Shown: piece after piece, positions 37,733 through 51,091 of the stretch
Numbering within the stretch: position 1 is the first letter of the stretch
How the letters are laid out: each line of letters starts with the position of its first letter
Origin: Octopus sinensis
Lineage: Eukaryota
Direction: 5' to 3'
Assembly (NCBI RefSeq): GCF_006345805.1
Contig: NC_043011.1
Coordinates: 47,752,464 to 47,816,463, forward strand
Length of the DNA stretch: 64,000 nucleotides
Translations under genes and position numbers: made by a program
The notes under the pieces: generated by a model
Told to the model about the DNA's origin: nothing
The model's database searches: none
The model's input: the letters and a program-made list of their open reading frames with translations, nothing else

Positions 37733-38050
37733 TTCCTAACGCCAACCACTCCAAGAGTGTAGTGGGTGCTTTTTACGTGCCGCCGGCACGAAGGCCAGTC
37801 AGGCAGCACTGGCATCGACCATGCTTGAATGGTGCTTTTTACATGCCTCTGGTACAGAATCCAGTCAGGCGGCACTGGCAATGACCACGCTTGAATGGTG
37901 CTTTTAATGTGCCATTGGCACAGGTGCCAATCAGGTGGTATTGTCATTGGCCACAACAATGATTTCACTGGCCTGAACAGGTCTTTGCAAGTGCAGTTTA
38001 TTGCTCAATGATTGAAGGGTACTCTTAGATGGGCTGGTCATGCTGCACTA
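37733..38050 (-). mobile_element. RTE 3' UTR fragment with internal ~60-bp repeats
   Basis: Reverse complement of AAAAGCACCCACTACACTC...GGTTGGCGTTAGGAA seen at 30835 and 60970. Confidence 0.75.
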
Positions 38051-38310
38051 ATGTATTCAAATAAAATAATCTGCTTTATTTATAATTCAACACTTTTTAT
38101 ATTTAGCAATAGGAATATTAGCTGATATGGTTCTTAGTAACAATTGCAATAGATATGACAAATATCATAGCTTCTCAATGATAAGAATAAAAAAATATTT
38201 CTCGTATTAACATCACAGAATCACATAAATATCATTGTGGGATGAAGCCAATTGTATTTAGCTATATCACTTTTGGGGATCAAATTTTATCAAATCAACT
38301 TTGTATTTGT

Positions 38311-38556
38311 GGAGGCACATGGCTTAGTGGTTAGGGTGTCAGCATCTTGATCGTAAGATTGTGGTTTCGATTCCTGGACCGGGTGATGCGTTGTGTTCTT
38401 GAGCAAAACACTTCATTTCACGTTGCTCCAGTCCACTCAGCTGGCAAAAAATGACTAATGCTGCGATAGACAGGCATCCTGTCCAGCTGGGGAACACATA
38501 CGCCACAGAAATCGGGAAACTGGGCCCATGAGCCTGGTTAGACTTTAAAAGTGCGC
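38311..38556 (+). mobile_element. SINE family C
   Basis: tRNA head, Nin-like core, GGGCCCATGAGCCTGG tail. Confidence 0.9.
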
Positions 38557-40664
38557 AAGAAGAAGAACTTTGTATTTCATCTTTCTCTGGTATATAGAAT
38601 AAAAAATCAGCAAAGAAGAGATATTCACTTCTGTTGTCCCCAATCAAGTACTGAGGGGGATTGAATTGAACACCTCTTCCACCCATATTTCTGGTCTTGC
38701 GTCTTTCAGACAGTCAGATGTGTTTCATCAGGCTCTGGTAGCTATGGAACCTGTATCTTTATCAAATGAAATTACATGGAAAAAAAAAGAAAGAATTTTA
38801 CTGTATAAATTGTTAATAGCAAGGGAGGAATTAAATTGTTTGCATTAATTCTTCCCTGAATGATTTGATAGTTTTTCTGCCACTTACAAACAAAATGGTT
38901 ACATCATTTAAAAACGCCCACCACTGTGCACAACAATTTGAACAAAAACAAACATCTTTTTTACTCAAAATAGACAAAGAGAAATAGAAAACCAATTCCC
39001 AATGGAATAGATTTATTTCACAAGAAACAAATAACGACTTTCTGACAGAAAATAGCAATTTTGAACAATTTATCTGCCCCAAGTAATGACAAAACAACAA
39101 CAGTAACAACTACTACACACATATACAGACACATACGCTTTTGTTCAAGTGAAGGAATGAATGGAGAGTTCAAACTGAGAAAGGAAGTGTTTCTGGCCTT
39201 CTTTTAACTGAAGCTACTGGCAGAGAAAAAGTTTATTTGACTCTACTGTGTGACTCTACCTCATTCCTTATCGAAGAAGAGCAAAAAAAAAAAAAAAAGA
39301 AAAAGAAAGAAAAAAGAAAATAATGTCTCTCTGTGTAGAGGTTTTTCTTAAGTTCTTGAAAAAGCAATCATGAGCAGCTGTAGTCAATGGAATAACATTC
39401 TGCTGGTGTCAGCCAAACAAGATTCTATACAACAATTTGTCAATATGTGTAGTATTCGAAAATGGAGTATATAGAGACAGAATGAAGCAAGCCAGTACTT
39501 ACACACCTGGTGAGAAGCTCTTACAGTGAAGAACAAGGGTTATGTTGAAAAATATTAGTGATGTAGTTGACTCTTAGCTTGTTGTTACCCTTGTAGTGTG
39601 GTGTTTTCTCTGGCGAGTGGTAAGCACTGAAGCTATTGAAACAAACATGTGTTCACTGAACAATTTCAGAGGTGTATCCCATTTTACAGAATTGAAAAGC
39701 CATGAGGCTTGTAGGGAAGAGCAGAAATCCCTGTTGTGATGCTCGTGGCTATAAGAACTGCTCAAGAGCTTTCTGCTGAGGGAAAATAGAAAATTAGAGG
39801 AAGAGACAGCAATAGAACTGGCAGCAACAGCAGCAGCCATTCAAGAATTTGGACCTGGAGATCTCCATTTCCAGCGACTTTGAGGGCCACCTCCCAATGG
39901 TGTCAGGCGTTAACGAAGAGCCCTCGACTACAACAAGACGACAAAAGATTTTTTTTTTCCAAGGTTTGGGGTCTCCTGCCCCTAAGCCCTAGACCATCAC
40001 CTTATCACCCTTACCTGTCTTGTTGCTTAACAACAACAACAACAAGCAACAGCAGCAAGTCCCAACACTACAGTTGCTCAAAGCTTCAGAAATGATTTAC
40101 AGGTCAACAGTCCAAGAAGCTGATGATACAAAATTCTCACTCACAGCAGAGCCATTGCACCCACTTGCGATGATGGGGAGCAGATGGACATTAGAGAAGA
40201 GAGAAAAGAATAGCAAAAAGAAAGAAAATCACAAGGTTGAAAGGCAACAGCGAAAAACATATAAAACACCAGAACAAAACCCCTAAACCCCTTTTCCATT
40301 TGGTTAAAAGGAAGTTCACAGTTTTACAAATGAGCAACAGATTCATATCATAACTGAACTTTTATGAAGTTTGTATTAGTGAGAAAGATCACATACATTA
40401 TTTATGACATCAGCAAAAAGCAATTTACAGAGGAAGTTGGATGCTACTTTTTGTGATGGCCTGAGCAAAACATGTTTACAGGTGGATTTGAGTGCATATG
40501 GTTCCAATAAAAAGCAATAGGCATGCTATGAGATATTTTAAACTTATCAAGCAGGTGGATTCTCATCTATATGTATGTACTGGATTACACTATATGTTCT
40601 ATGTGTGCTTTTAAAAATCAATCTAAAATAATTATTAAGCATTTTTGAATAATAATTTATTTAT

Positions 40665-40957
40665 TGGTTGTATACTGTCAATCTAACGTGAACGTGACAG
40701 TAGGGGGTTACACCACCGCTGTTTAGCCCTAGGAAGCTTCAACGCTTCCTGATGGCTTCGACACATTTTTCCTGTGTCCTTATATACATTTACGAAGGGG
40801 AGACACTGGGGGTGTTTGTCTCCCCTTCGTAAATGTATATAAGGACACAGGAAAAATGTGTCGAAGCCATCAGTAAGCGTCGATGCTTCCTAGGGCTAAA
40901 CAGCGGTGGTGTAACCCCCTACTGTCACGTTCACGTTAGATTGACAGTATATAACCA
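40665..40957. mobile_element. Foldback element / MITE, ~140-bp inverted arms, 11-nt spacer
   Basis: 40665-40805 is the reverse complement of 40817-40957 with about 4 mismatches. Confidence 0.85.
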
Positions 40958-41163
40958 TTCTATCACCCCATCTTCGTACACATCTCTATGAGAGATTTAG
41001 AAATTTAATATTTCTGAATTTATTTATTTTGTGAGTTTAATTCAGTTAACATGTACACACACACACACACACACCACACACACACACACACATATATTTC
41101 ATTATTGAATTGATAAAAGGTGGGTTTTTTCTAATTTACATATATATATATGTAAATATATAT

Positions 41164-41201
<38 letters not shown>

Positions 41202-41286
41202 TTTGTGAAATTTGATTTAGCATTTCTAAATTGAATTTTTGCCTGTAAGTTTGGAATAGTATTCCCTCATATTATTATTATTATTA

Positions 41287-41324
<38 letters not shown>

Positions 41325-41353
41325 AATTCTAAGGGATCTATTCTGTTTGGGCT

Positions 41354-41663
41354 CAGATTTTTTAATTAATTTGTTTTAACTAAACAATTTGAAACTTCGT
41401 ATACTGGTGGAATTTCTCAACCCGTAGAGATGACCTAGTTGTTCCTCTCCGATTTCTATTGCAAACAGTAGCAGCTTTCTTCAACTGAATACACGTCATT
41501 GATTGGCTAAAATTACCTAAATACAACTTTAACACGAAATAAACTTTTAAAATGTGAAATTTAGTCAAAAATGTTCAGAGTAAACTGTGTTCTGTGTGAA
41601 AAATTCCACCAGTATACAAAGTTTCAAACTGTTTGGTTAAAAAAAAATTAATTAAAAAATCTG
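41354..41663. mobile_element. MITE with ~62-bp inverted repeats
   Basis: CAGATTTTTTAATTAA...TATACTGGTGGAATTT (41354-41415) versus 41601-41663. Confidence 0.75.
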
Positions 41664-42088
41664 CGAGACATACTGAACACATCCATTCTGAGTAATCTTA
41701 ATAGTTAGTGATGGTCTTCCTCGGTTACAAGTGGACAGCTGTTCATCTTTCTTTCTGTCAGCCCCTTCACACTCTTTCCACTCTTCTTTCTTTCGTCTCC
41801 CTTTCTCACATTCCCTGGCTTTCTTTTTCATTCTCACTTTCCCTTCTCTTTCACTTCACCCTCCTTCCAACATGCTAGAAAGAATTATTATCATTATTAT
41901 TGAGATGGTAAACTGACAGAAGTGTTAGAGTTGGACAAAATGCATAGCATCATTTATTCTTGTTCCTTACATGTTGAATTAAAATCCTGGAAATGTTATC
42001 TTTGCCTTCTCGTCCCTATGGGGTTTATGAAATAACAGTCTAGCATTGGGGCTTTGGACTCATGTCATAATTACAATGAATCCCTCTC

Positions 42089-42183
42089 ATCATTGTCATC
42101 ATCATCATCAGCTGTTGTCATCATCATCATCATCATCATCGTCATCATCGTCATCATCATCATCATCATAATCAGTGTCGTCG

Positions 42184-42222
<39 letters not shown>

Positions 42223-42245
42223 GTGTTGTCATCGTCACCATCATT
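42089..42245. repeat. (CAT)n microsatellite
   Basis: Direct reading. Confidence 0.9.
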
Positions 42246-43061
42246 ACTTTGACATGAGCAGTGAAATTACAGACTTATCAAACTGACAGCCAGTGTACTG
42301 TAGTGTTTAGTTATTTAGTTACATCCCCTTATAGTCTTAGTTGTTGCGGGCTTTGCTTTTCCTCCCTTCAAGGGTCAAATAATCAGCTATTTTCATCCCC
42401 ACATAGATTTGTGGCCTTGCACCTAACACTCAGAAATCTTACTGCAATAATGCTGATTGTGATGACGATGATGATGATGATGATGATAAGGATAGTAATT
42501 GTATTAAAGTTATTAGAGAGATCTTTTCTTTTCTTTTTTGTTTTAACAATGGACTTCAATGATAGAATTCTATTTGGCAAAATAACAAAAGAAAACCAAC
42601 ATCATTTATTCATCATTTTCTCCATTAAATTCTATTAGAATGATAAAATCTACAAAACAAAAATTAAGGAAAAAGAAATTAAAACGAAATAAAATGCAGC
42701 GGAAAAGCTTAATTTGTCCATTATTTCTTTGTATAACTGATAGAAAAGATTTATATCTTTATCTCTTTCATATTGCTCAATGTAATTGAGTTTAAATGAA
42801 AACAATACACAAATAATATAAAAGATAATGTATCATATGATTAAATATTTATCATTTACTTTTATATAATTTTATTTTAAATTATTAAATCCCTAAAACT
42901 TCTTCATTTCTCAAATTTGCTGCTTCTGATTCTTTGCCTACCCAAACCAGTCTCAGACTTGTGTTGTTCCTTACACTGTTTCTTCTAATTTTGTTGATGG
43001 TATTATGCCTAAAGACTTTACTGTTAACAAGAGAATAACAAAAGGGAAATGTGAAAAATAA

Positions 43062-43970
43062 ATGTGGCTGTGTAGTAAGACGTTTGTGGAGGCTCGTGGC
43101 TTAGTGGTTAGGGTGCCAGCATCATGATCGTAAGATTGTGGTTTCGATTCCTGGACCATTCCATCAAAACACTTCATTTCACATTGCTCCAGTCCACCCA
43201 GCTGGCAAAAATGAGTAACGCTGCGATGGACTGACATCCTGTCCAGTTGGGGGGAACACATATGCCATAGAAACCGGGAAGCTAGGCCCATGAGCCTAGC
43301 TAGGCTTTAAAAGGGCACATTTCTGTCATGGACTGGTGTCCCATCCAGCTGGGAAGAATACATATGCCATAGAAACTGGGAAACCAGGCCCATGAGCCTG
43401 GCTAGGCTTTAAAAGGGTGAATTTCTGTAATGGACTGGTGTCCCATCCAGCTGAGGGGAACACATATGCCACAGAGATCGGGCCCATGAGCCTGGCTAGG
43501 CTTGAAAAGGGTGAAAACAAAAAGAAGTAAGATGTTTGCTTCCTAATCACATGCTTCCAGTTCAGTTCCACTGTGTGGCACCTTGGGCATGTGTGTGGCT
43601 GACTGGCCAGGTTGCCAGCCTCCCCAATGGCAAGTGGGCCCCTCTACCATTAAAATCCATATATGGGGGCCCATATTAGTATCTAAGGGGCCCATCCCCT
43701 CAAGTTTGAGAATTTTTCATTCACTCCTGGAAGAATGCATTAATTATTTCTGCTGGTTGTGTTTGAAGAAAGTTGAAAGGAATACTTTTAACAAAAAAAA
43801 AAAAATTATGATAGCATTGTAGTTGTGAGTAGGCACCCTTGGTTGCCAGGAGACTAAGTCTCCATGGCAACCAATATTTTTAGACCCAGTCTGCCACTGT
43901 CTACTATAGCCTTGGCCTAATCAAAGCCTTGTTAGTGGATTTGGTTGACGGAAATGGGAAGAAGCCCGTC
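43062..43970 (+). mobile_element. SINE A split by a SINE C (43088-43524, triplicated tail) and a MITE (43595-43897)
   Basis: TSD AGTAAGA(C/T)GTTTG around SINE C; SINE A resumes at 43525 and 43901. Confidence 0.75.
43595..43897. mobile_element. MITE with 12-bp TIR and apparent 3-bp TSD (PIF/Harbinger-like)
   Basis: TGT|GTGGCTGACTGG...CCAGTCTGCCAC|TGT. Confidence 0.6.
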
Positions 43971-44111
43971 AAATCATTGTCATCATCGTTTAATGTTTAA
44001 CTGGGCTGCAAAAGTCAAATCCATTGAAAACTGTGAACACATAAGTTATTCACTAAAAAGATTGCAGATTTTTATGCAGATTCATAGGTTCATTAAATAA
44101 ATATTGTCATA

Positions 44112-44403
44112 GGAGTAGCTGTGTGGTCAGTAGCTTGCTTACGAACCACATGGTTCTCGGTTCAGTCCCACTGCGTGGCTCCTTGGGCAAGTGTCTCTTA
44201 CTATAGCCTTGGGCCGACCAAAGCCTTGTGAGTGGATTTGGTAGACGGAAACTGAAAGAAGCCCATCGTATATATGTATACAGATATATCTATATGTATG
44301 TGTGTGTATTTGCATTTGTTCACCCAGCATTGCTTGACAACTAAGGTGGCGCTCCAGCATGGCCACAGTCAAATAGCTGAAACAAGTAAAAGAGTGAAAG
44401 AGT
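44112..44403 (+). mobile_element. SINE family A, internally deleted
   Basis: Head, body and tail match; middle of 3' half missing. Confidence 0.85.
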
Positions 44404-45114
44404 ATATGTTGCAATGTTACGGCTGTTAAGCTACAGCTCAGATCTGATCCAACACATCTCTGTTTAAAGGTATTCAGGTCATGACCACAAAATTTTGCCT
44501 ATATATATGTGTATGTGTGTGTGTGTGTGAGTGTGTCTGTGTGTCTGTGTGTGTGTGTGTGTGTGTGTGTCAGAGTTTTATAGCCTTTATTTTGTTTTTG
44601 TATTGTATAGTTATTTTGTTTGCATATTTTCATCTATATTTGAGCATTTCAGAGCATTTAGAATGCTTTTTATGCTTTGATACTGGTGATACATTTTCAT
44701 CTTTAGTCTCCAGCTCCTTTCAAACTTTGTAGACAAAAGATCTGGCAACTTTTAAAAATCAAGATATTTCTAAATCGCTATGCTCAGCCTTTATAACCAC
44801 AATAAAAGCATGTCTCTTCATTTCTTGAGTATGCTAAGGGTCTGCCATTATTATTTTCTGAAACAAAGATTATTTAGACTTAGCAAAAAATGTATCAATG
44901 ACCCCAAAAAGTATGTCCTCAAATACCTTTCACACCCTGTGACTATATATTTCTATATAGATGAGAGGATGTCTCCTTTTATTTGTCTTGCTTGCATACA
45001 TTCTGGTGTTTGCTAAAGTTTCTGAGAACATATTCTTCATGGTAAGGCAATTTAATGTCTTCTAACATATTAGGAATCCACCTTGGTGGCAATTCCATTT
45101 ATTTCTATATGTAA

Positions 45115-45627
45115 CTAGCAGTATCGCCTGGCGTTGCTCGGGTTTGTAAGGGAAATAACTATATAAGCATTTTTAGAGAGTTACTTCCCTTATAGATGCT
45201 AATTCGGGCTTTCTTAGCCATTTCTGTTTTGGTGTCTTCAAGCCATGAAGTCGTTGTTCTAAAAGAACGCTGGTCTCCTTGACAACGCTTTACGACGTTG
45301 ATTTCCTTACACTCCCTTCCCCACAGCTTCACGAGGGAGGGAAGAAGGGGGAGAAGCAAACAGGTGCAGCTGTGACCATGGACGCCAACTCCGCCGCCAT
45401 CGACACACGAAAAATTATGCATTAAAATGGAATAAAAAATTATCTTAAATTATTTTTAAAATCGTAGACTCATCGTAGACGTGCGCTAATACTCAGACGG
45501 GCTCGATATGAATCACGACTATAAGATATCCGAATTTGGTTAAACTGCACCGCAAAATGTGGGAGTAGTTAGGAATCTAAATCGAAGGGGACAGACACTC
45601 ACACAACTACAGTTTTATATATATAGA
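45115..45627 (-). mobile_element. Non-autonomous Helitron (513 bp)
   Basis: Same termini and body as 31206-31718. Confidence 0.9.
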
Positions 45628-45856
45628 TATAATTCATAGTCCTCAGACATTTTTGAAGTATGCTAGCCACTGGTTTAAATTAATATTAATTAATAATATT
45701 AATTTCTGCCCTCATTATTTAATTTTTATGCATATTTTTATGTATTTATACATACACACTCACATAAATGTATTTAGTTAAAATATATCTAAAAGACTGT
45801 CACACAGAACACCATGACACATTATCTAATGTGTCATGGTGTTCCGCGTTATTTAA

Positions 45857-46075
45857 CCCTTTAGTATTTAAACCGGCCATATCCGGCCAAAATAGTTAAT
45901 CTGTTTTATGTTCAAACTGACCAGATCCAGGCCCTCACACCTACCCTACAATGTTATTCTACATTAAGTAGTTACACCATCAAGATCTTGAAGATATGAG
46001 ATAATGCATGATTAATTCAAATCAATGGCAATCAATAAGCATTATGTTTGATAGAATAATCTGAACACTAAAGGG
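45857..46075. mobile_element. piggyBac-type MITE, family P2
   Basis: TTAA|CCCTTTAGT...ACTAAAGGG|TTAA. Confidence 0.85.
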
Positions 46076-47115
46076 TTAAGATAGCAACAGGTGATTTATG
46101 GGATAATTTGGCTGCTATTTGTAGGAAGTTTTCTGCCTCGTTATCACTCATCATCACTGATGGTGGAGCTTGAGATCCAAGTTTAATTGCTAAATCAAAG
46201 TAGGGTGTATGAACTTCAAAGGTTTGGTGAGACTGAACTTCCAGCTTTGTCACATAAGTAACTCCAGTGTGTGTGCATGTGTGTGTGTGTTTGTGTGTGT
46301 GTGTGTGCATGTGTGTTTGCATGCATGTGTGGCAGTATGTCTGCTCCAGCTGGTTGTTTCACCTACAGTTCAAGCCCTGCTCAATAAAATTCGAAGTAAA
46401 TATCTTCAAAGCCTAGCTTCGTGGGGTCTGGAATACTGGTGTGTATGGTGGCCAAAACGTGATTTCAGAAACTAACATTTCTATGAAGTGTCTGTGAATA
46501 AAAGATGTGAAGTCGATACAGTCAAAGGAAATGCAAAAATAAAAATGGAAATAAAAATAAGCTGCCGGATTATCATTGAGAGTCAGAAGGTACCTTGAGC
46601 TTTGGAACCACAAAGGAAAACGGCAAACTTTGTAGATGGCCAATGTTTTGTAGTCATATATGAAAAGAGCTTTATGGGTTTTTTGGTTTTGTTAGAAGAG
46701 GAAGGCAGAGCACATAATACATTAGCATTCACCTGTGTGAAAAAAATTTGGTCTCTATAATTAAATATGTAAATCAAAATCATCTTTTTTTTTTTTACCT
46801 GAGTATAAGCATGGAACACTTCCTTTCACATTTGTTCAACTTTTTTGTCTAAGTTAGTTTTTTTAAACATGAGGAAAAAGAAACTAAAAGTTGTAGATTT
46901 TTTATCTAGATTTTTGAGCAGAGTTTTGATCTAGAATGCAACACAACAAAGTACCAGTGATTTGTTATGAACTGCTGACCTTTAAGTCAGTAAGCCAAAT
47001 TGCCTATTTATTCAACAAACTGAAAGACAAGACAGTGAACGAAACTCTTCATAGATTTTTGGCCTGCTAGGAAAAGCAGCCAAAACTCCCTCAGAGAATA
47101 CCCTACTGTTTAAAC

Positions 47116-47858
47116 CAATGATTCTCAATTATTTTCTTTACTTATGAACCCCTTTGACTACAGTTTTACTCTGTTGGACCCTATCCATAGCCATTCAATG
47201 TTTAAAAACTAATTTTATCAGATACTTACACTTTTACTTGTTTCAGTCATTTGACTGTGGCCATGCTGGAGCACTGCCTTTAGTCTAGTACTTATTCTAT
47301 CGGTCTCTTTTGCCAAACCGCTAAGTTACGGCGATGTAAGCACACCAGCATCGGTTTCCAAGCAATGTTGGGGGTGACAAACACAGACACACAAACACCT
47401 ACACAAATTTCTATACATATATATGACAGGCTTCTTTCAGTTTCCATCTACCAAATCCACTAACAAGGCTTTGGTTAGCCTGAGGCTATAGTAGAAGACA
47501 CTTGCCCAAGGTGCTACACAGTGGGACTGAACCCGGAACCATGTGGCTGGTAAGCAAGCTACTTACCACACAGCCACTCCTGTGCCTTGATACTGCTTTC
47601 AAAATTCCTATTTTGTTAATCACCCATTCACTTGTGAAGGTTTAACTATGTAAAACATTAGAGAGACCAGCCTAGTTGTTTTCTGCATTAAACACATCTA
47701 AAGTAAAATGCTTACATAAACTACCACAAATCCTCAATTTACTTGTTTACTTGTGTGAAACTACCACAAATCCTCAATTTACTTGTTTACTTGTGTGGAC
47801 CCCCCAAAATCTTATGTGAACCCCGAAGGGTCATATGAACCCGGGTTGAGAACCACCA
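47116..47858. mobile_element. hAT-type MITE with 8-bp TSD, carrying a SINE A (47226-47587, minus) and a 40-bp tandem duplication (47718-47797)
   Basis: GTTTAAAC|CAATGATTCTCAA...TTGAGAACCACCA|GTCTAAAC. Confidence 0.8.
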
Positions 47859-47919
47859 GTCTAAACTAAAGAAGATCACACTGGAATAGACAATATAGTC
47901 TCTTATGTACAAATTGGTT

Positions 47920-48165
47920 GAGGTGCATGGCTTAGTGGTTAGGGTGTCAGCACTAAAATCGTAAGATTGTGGTTTTGATTCCTGGACTGGGCGACGCATT
48001 ATGTTCTTGAGCAAAACACTTCATTTCACGTTGCTCCAGTCCACTCAGCTGGCAAAAATGAGTAACGCTGCATTGGACTGGCGTCCCATCCAGCTGGGGA
48101 ACTCATACGCCATAGAAACCGGGAAGCTGGGCCCATGAGCCTGGCTAGGCTTTAAAAGGGTGCAT
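47920..48165 (+). mobile_element. SINE family C
   Basis: As 38311-38556. Confidence 0.9.
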
Positions 48166-48440
48166 TTGTTATTTATTATGTACAAAATGAAAGGATGACC
48201 ACAATCAAAGTGCCTTCATCATAAGGTCTGCTTAATTAGGACAGGCTAATAAACAGCAAAGATCAATATTTTCGTAATTCTTTGTCCGTTAATGCAGTCA
48301 TTTTAAAATTATAAGGAGTAGAATTTTGATTCCAAAATGTAAGTATTGAAGTGACTTATACAGAAGCTTCTAGAATATAGAATAGTTTATATACAACATG
48401 ATATAAAATAACCATCTAAGCAGGGCAGTATAACCGGATG

Positions 48441-48585
48441 ATGTCTCATTGATTAATATATTTATTAAAATTATCTTATTGATGTATACATAAATGAAAA
48501 TTGTCTCATTTATGTATACAAACATTAAAACTGTCTCATTGATGTATGCATATATTAAAATTGTTTCATTGATGTATATGCACAT
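48441..48585. repeat. 30-bp minisatellite, about 5 units
   Basis: Consensus TGTCTCATTGATGTATACATAAATTAAAAT. Confidence 0.8.
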
Positions 48586-48754
48586 ATATATTGTTGAAGT
48601 ATTCACTGTAATTACTATGCTGGCTCTATGACTGGGTAGCTAATGTGTGTGTGTGTGTGTGTTTGTTTGTGTGTGTGTGTGTATGCATGAGCACACACGT
48701 GTATATGTGTGAGTGAAGGTATGTAGGTTTGGATGAGAATAAGGAAAATATGTA

Positions 48755-49320
48755 TTGGGTTGTCTGGAAAGTTCGTGCCGATTTTTAAAGGAAAGAAAAA
48801 GGTCAATAAATACTTGCAATTACACTTTTGATCAACCAAATACGAACCATTTTGTTACACAGTGCATCTCCATCTTCCCTTTAACTTGAAAATACCCTCT
48901 TCCCAGAATTGAGGTAGTTTCATGGCAAAGAATTCATCATGGTATCTTTTTATGTCATCCAAGGAATTGAAATTTTTACCATTAAGTCTATTCTGCAGAG
49001 ACCTGAATAAGTGGAAATCCGAAGGAGCAATATCTGGTGAATATGGAGGGTGGGGTAACACATCCCAGCTGAGCTGCAGTAATTTTTGTCTGGTTCCTAA
49101 AGCATCAAGTGCTGGAAATGCACTTTCTTATCTTCCATTTTAAAGGGTTACAGAATTAACACAGGTTATAGGAACATAAAGCTTCTTCCACAAAAAGATA
49201 GCTTAAACAGTGCTCTAAATGGAGGTGTAGTCAAATCCTATTTTATGGACTTAACCATGTTCTAAAATAAGTCGAAATGTAAGCTACTATAAATTGGTAC
49301 GAACTTTCCGGACAACCCAA
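48755..49320 (-). mobile_element. Internally deleted mariner element
   Basis: TA|TTGGGTTGTCTGGAAAGTTCGTGCCGAT...ATTGGTACGAACTTTCCGGACAACCCAA|TA; transposase C-terminus LPHPPYSPDIAPSDFHLFRSLQN at 48855-49061. Confidence 0.92.
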
Positions 49321-49324
49321 TACA

Positions 49325-50070
49325 TATTGGTTTCAAATTTTGGGACAAGGCCAGCAAGTTGGGAGGGTGGAGTGAAATTTGATTATACTGACCCCAATGT
49401 TTTACTGGTACTTATTTTATCGACCGCAAAAAAGAAGAAAGGCAAATTTGAACTCAGAATGTGATGACTGACAAAATGCTTCTAAGCATTTTGCGTGGCA
49501 TGCTGCCAGCTCACTGCCAGCTCACTGCCTTTGTGTTGCTATACATATTAAACATACATAGCATGCAGAAAAAGGAGCTTCTACTCGGTTTCTTGACCTG
49601 CTAAAATTAGCAACAAAGTGTTCCTACCCTGCTGTATTAAAAAAGAAACGAAAGGAGATGGACACACTGAATAATGTTAATCTTAATATATTATATCAGA
49701 AAAATATATTAAAAGGAATGATGATAACTGGAGTAACTTGCATTATAAGGTCTGCTTGATCAGAGTTAACCTGGGGATGTATAACAACAACAACAACAAC
49801 AACAACAGCAATATATAATTTGAAAACGTTACTAGTTCTGGTGTTGTTGGTAAAAAAATTAACAGAATTGGTATCAAATTTTTTGCTCAAGTCCAACAAG
49901 TTTTGGAGGTGGGGGTAAGTCAGTTACACCAAGCCAGTACTAAACTGGTCCTTATTTTATTGATCCCAAAAGGATGAAAAGCAAAGTCACCTTGGTGGAA
50001 TTTGAACTCAGAACAGACGAAATGCCACTAAGCATTTTTGCCCAGCATGCTAACGATTCTGACAGCATGC
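49325..50070 (-). mobile_element. Two diverged SINE B copies (49325-49530, 49868-50070)
   Basis: ATTTGAACTCAGAA and ACTGGTACTTATTTTAT blocks. Confidence 0.7.
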
Positions 50071-50858
50071 TGCCGTAATAAAATAAACAGAATTACCATG
50101 GTTCTTATCAACAGCTTTGTGGAAGTGAGCCAGTGAGATTCATATTTCTTGGCTATTGATGACAGCTGTAACATCAGCAAAGTGATACAAGCCACAATGT
50201 AACCTCTGGCAATATGTTGTACAACACCAAGCTGACTCATTCAGCTTTGAGTATTAATTTATATAATCATATGGTTAGTTAGCCTGCAGTTTCAATAAAT
50301 AAATAAACAAATAAACCAATAAATAAATAAAATTTCTTAAAAAAAAAAATTCACAGGATTTTATTTTCAATATTTCAGTAATTTGTTATTCGCTGAGAAC
50401 TGTTTGTTCGAGGAATTTACTTCCTTCCTGAGTGCGTTGCCATGAGGCTATTGAGATGGGCAGCAGGTGAAGAACAGAGAAAGTACCCTTAAGGCTGGTA
50501 TGACATGTTTGCTGTAATGGACTTCAGTTGAAAACAAGCTGAACTGTATCTACTGCAAAAACTAAGAAAGGAAATTGAAATAAATTGGTGCCAGAGGCAT
50601 TGTAGTTGTTGTTAGTAATAGTAGTAGTAGTAGTAGTAGACTTTAAAACTAACAGCAATAAAGATGGTAAAGATGTTTGAGACAGAACACTAGATTAGAT
50701 ATTTAGCTATTCTTACTTCTTTGTTTCTGTGTTCTAATCCTGCATAAAGTTTATAAAATAGTTTTTCTCCTTTCTAATTAAAACGCTAAGTAAGGGCATT
50801 CTGTAAGATCTGTAGCAATTCATATTAGCACTACTCTGTGATGGTAGTTTAATTTAGA

Positions 50859-51091
50859 GGGCGGCGAGATGGCAGAAACGTTAGCACGCCGGACAAAATT
50901 CTTAGCGTTATTTTGCCTGTTTTTACTTTCTGAGTTCAAATTCCGCCAAGGTTGACTTTGCCTTTCATCCTTTCGGGGTCGATTAAATAAGTACCAGTTG
51001 CGCACTGGGGTTGATATAATCGACTTAATCTGTTTGTCTGTCCTTGTTTGTCCCTTCTGTGTTTAGCCCCTTGTGGGTAGTAAAGAAATAG
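50859..51091 (+). mobile_element. SINE family B with 15-bp TSD
   Basis: GGTAG(T/C)TTAATTTAG on both sides. Confidence 0.9.
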
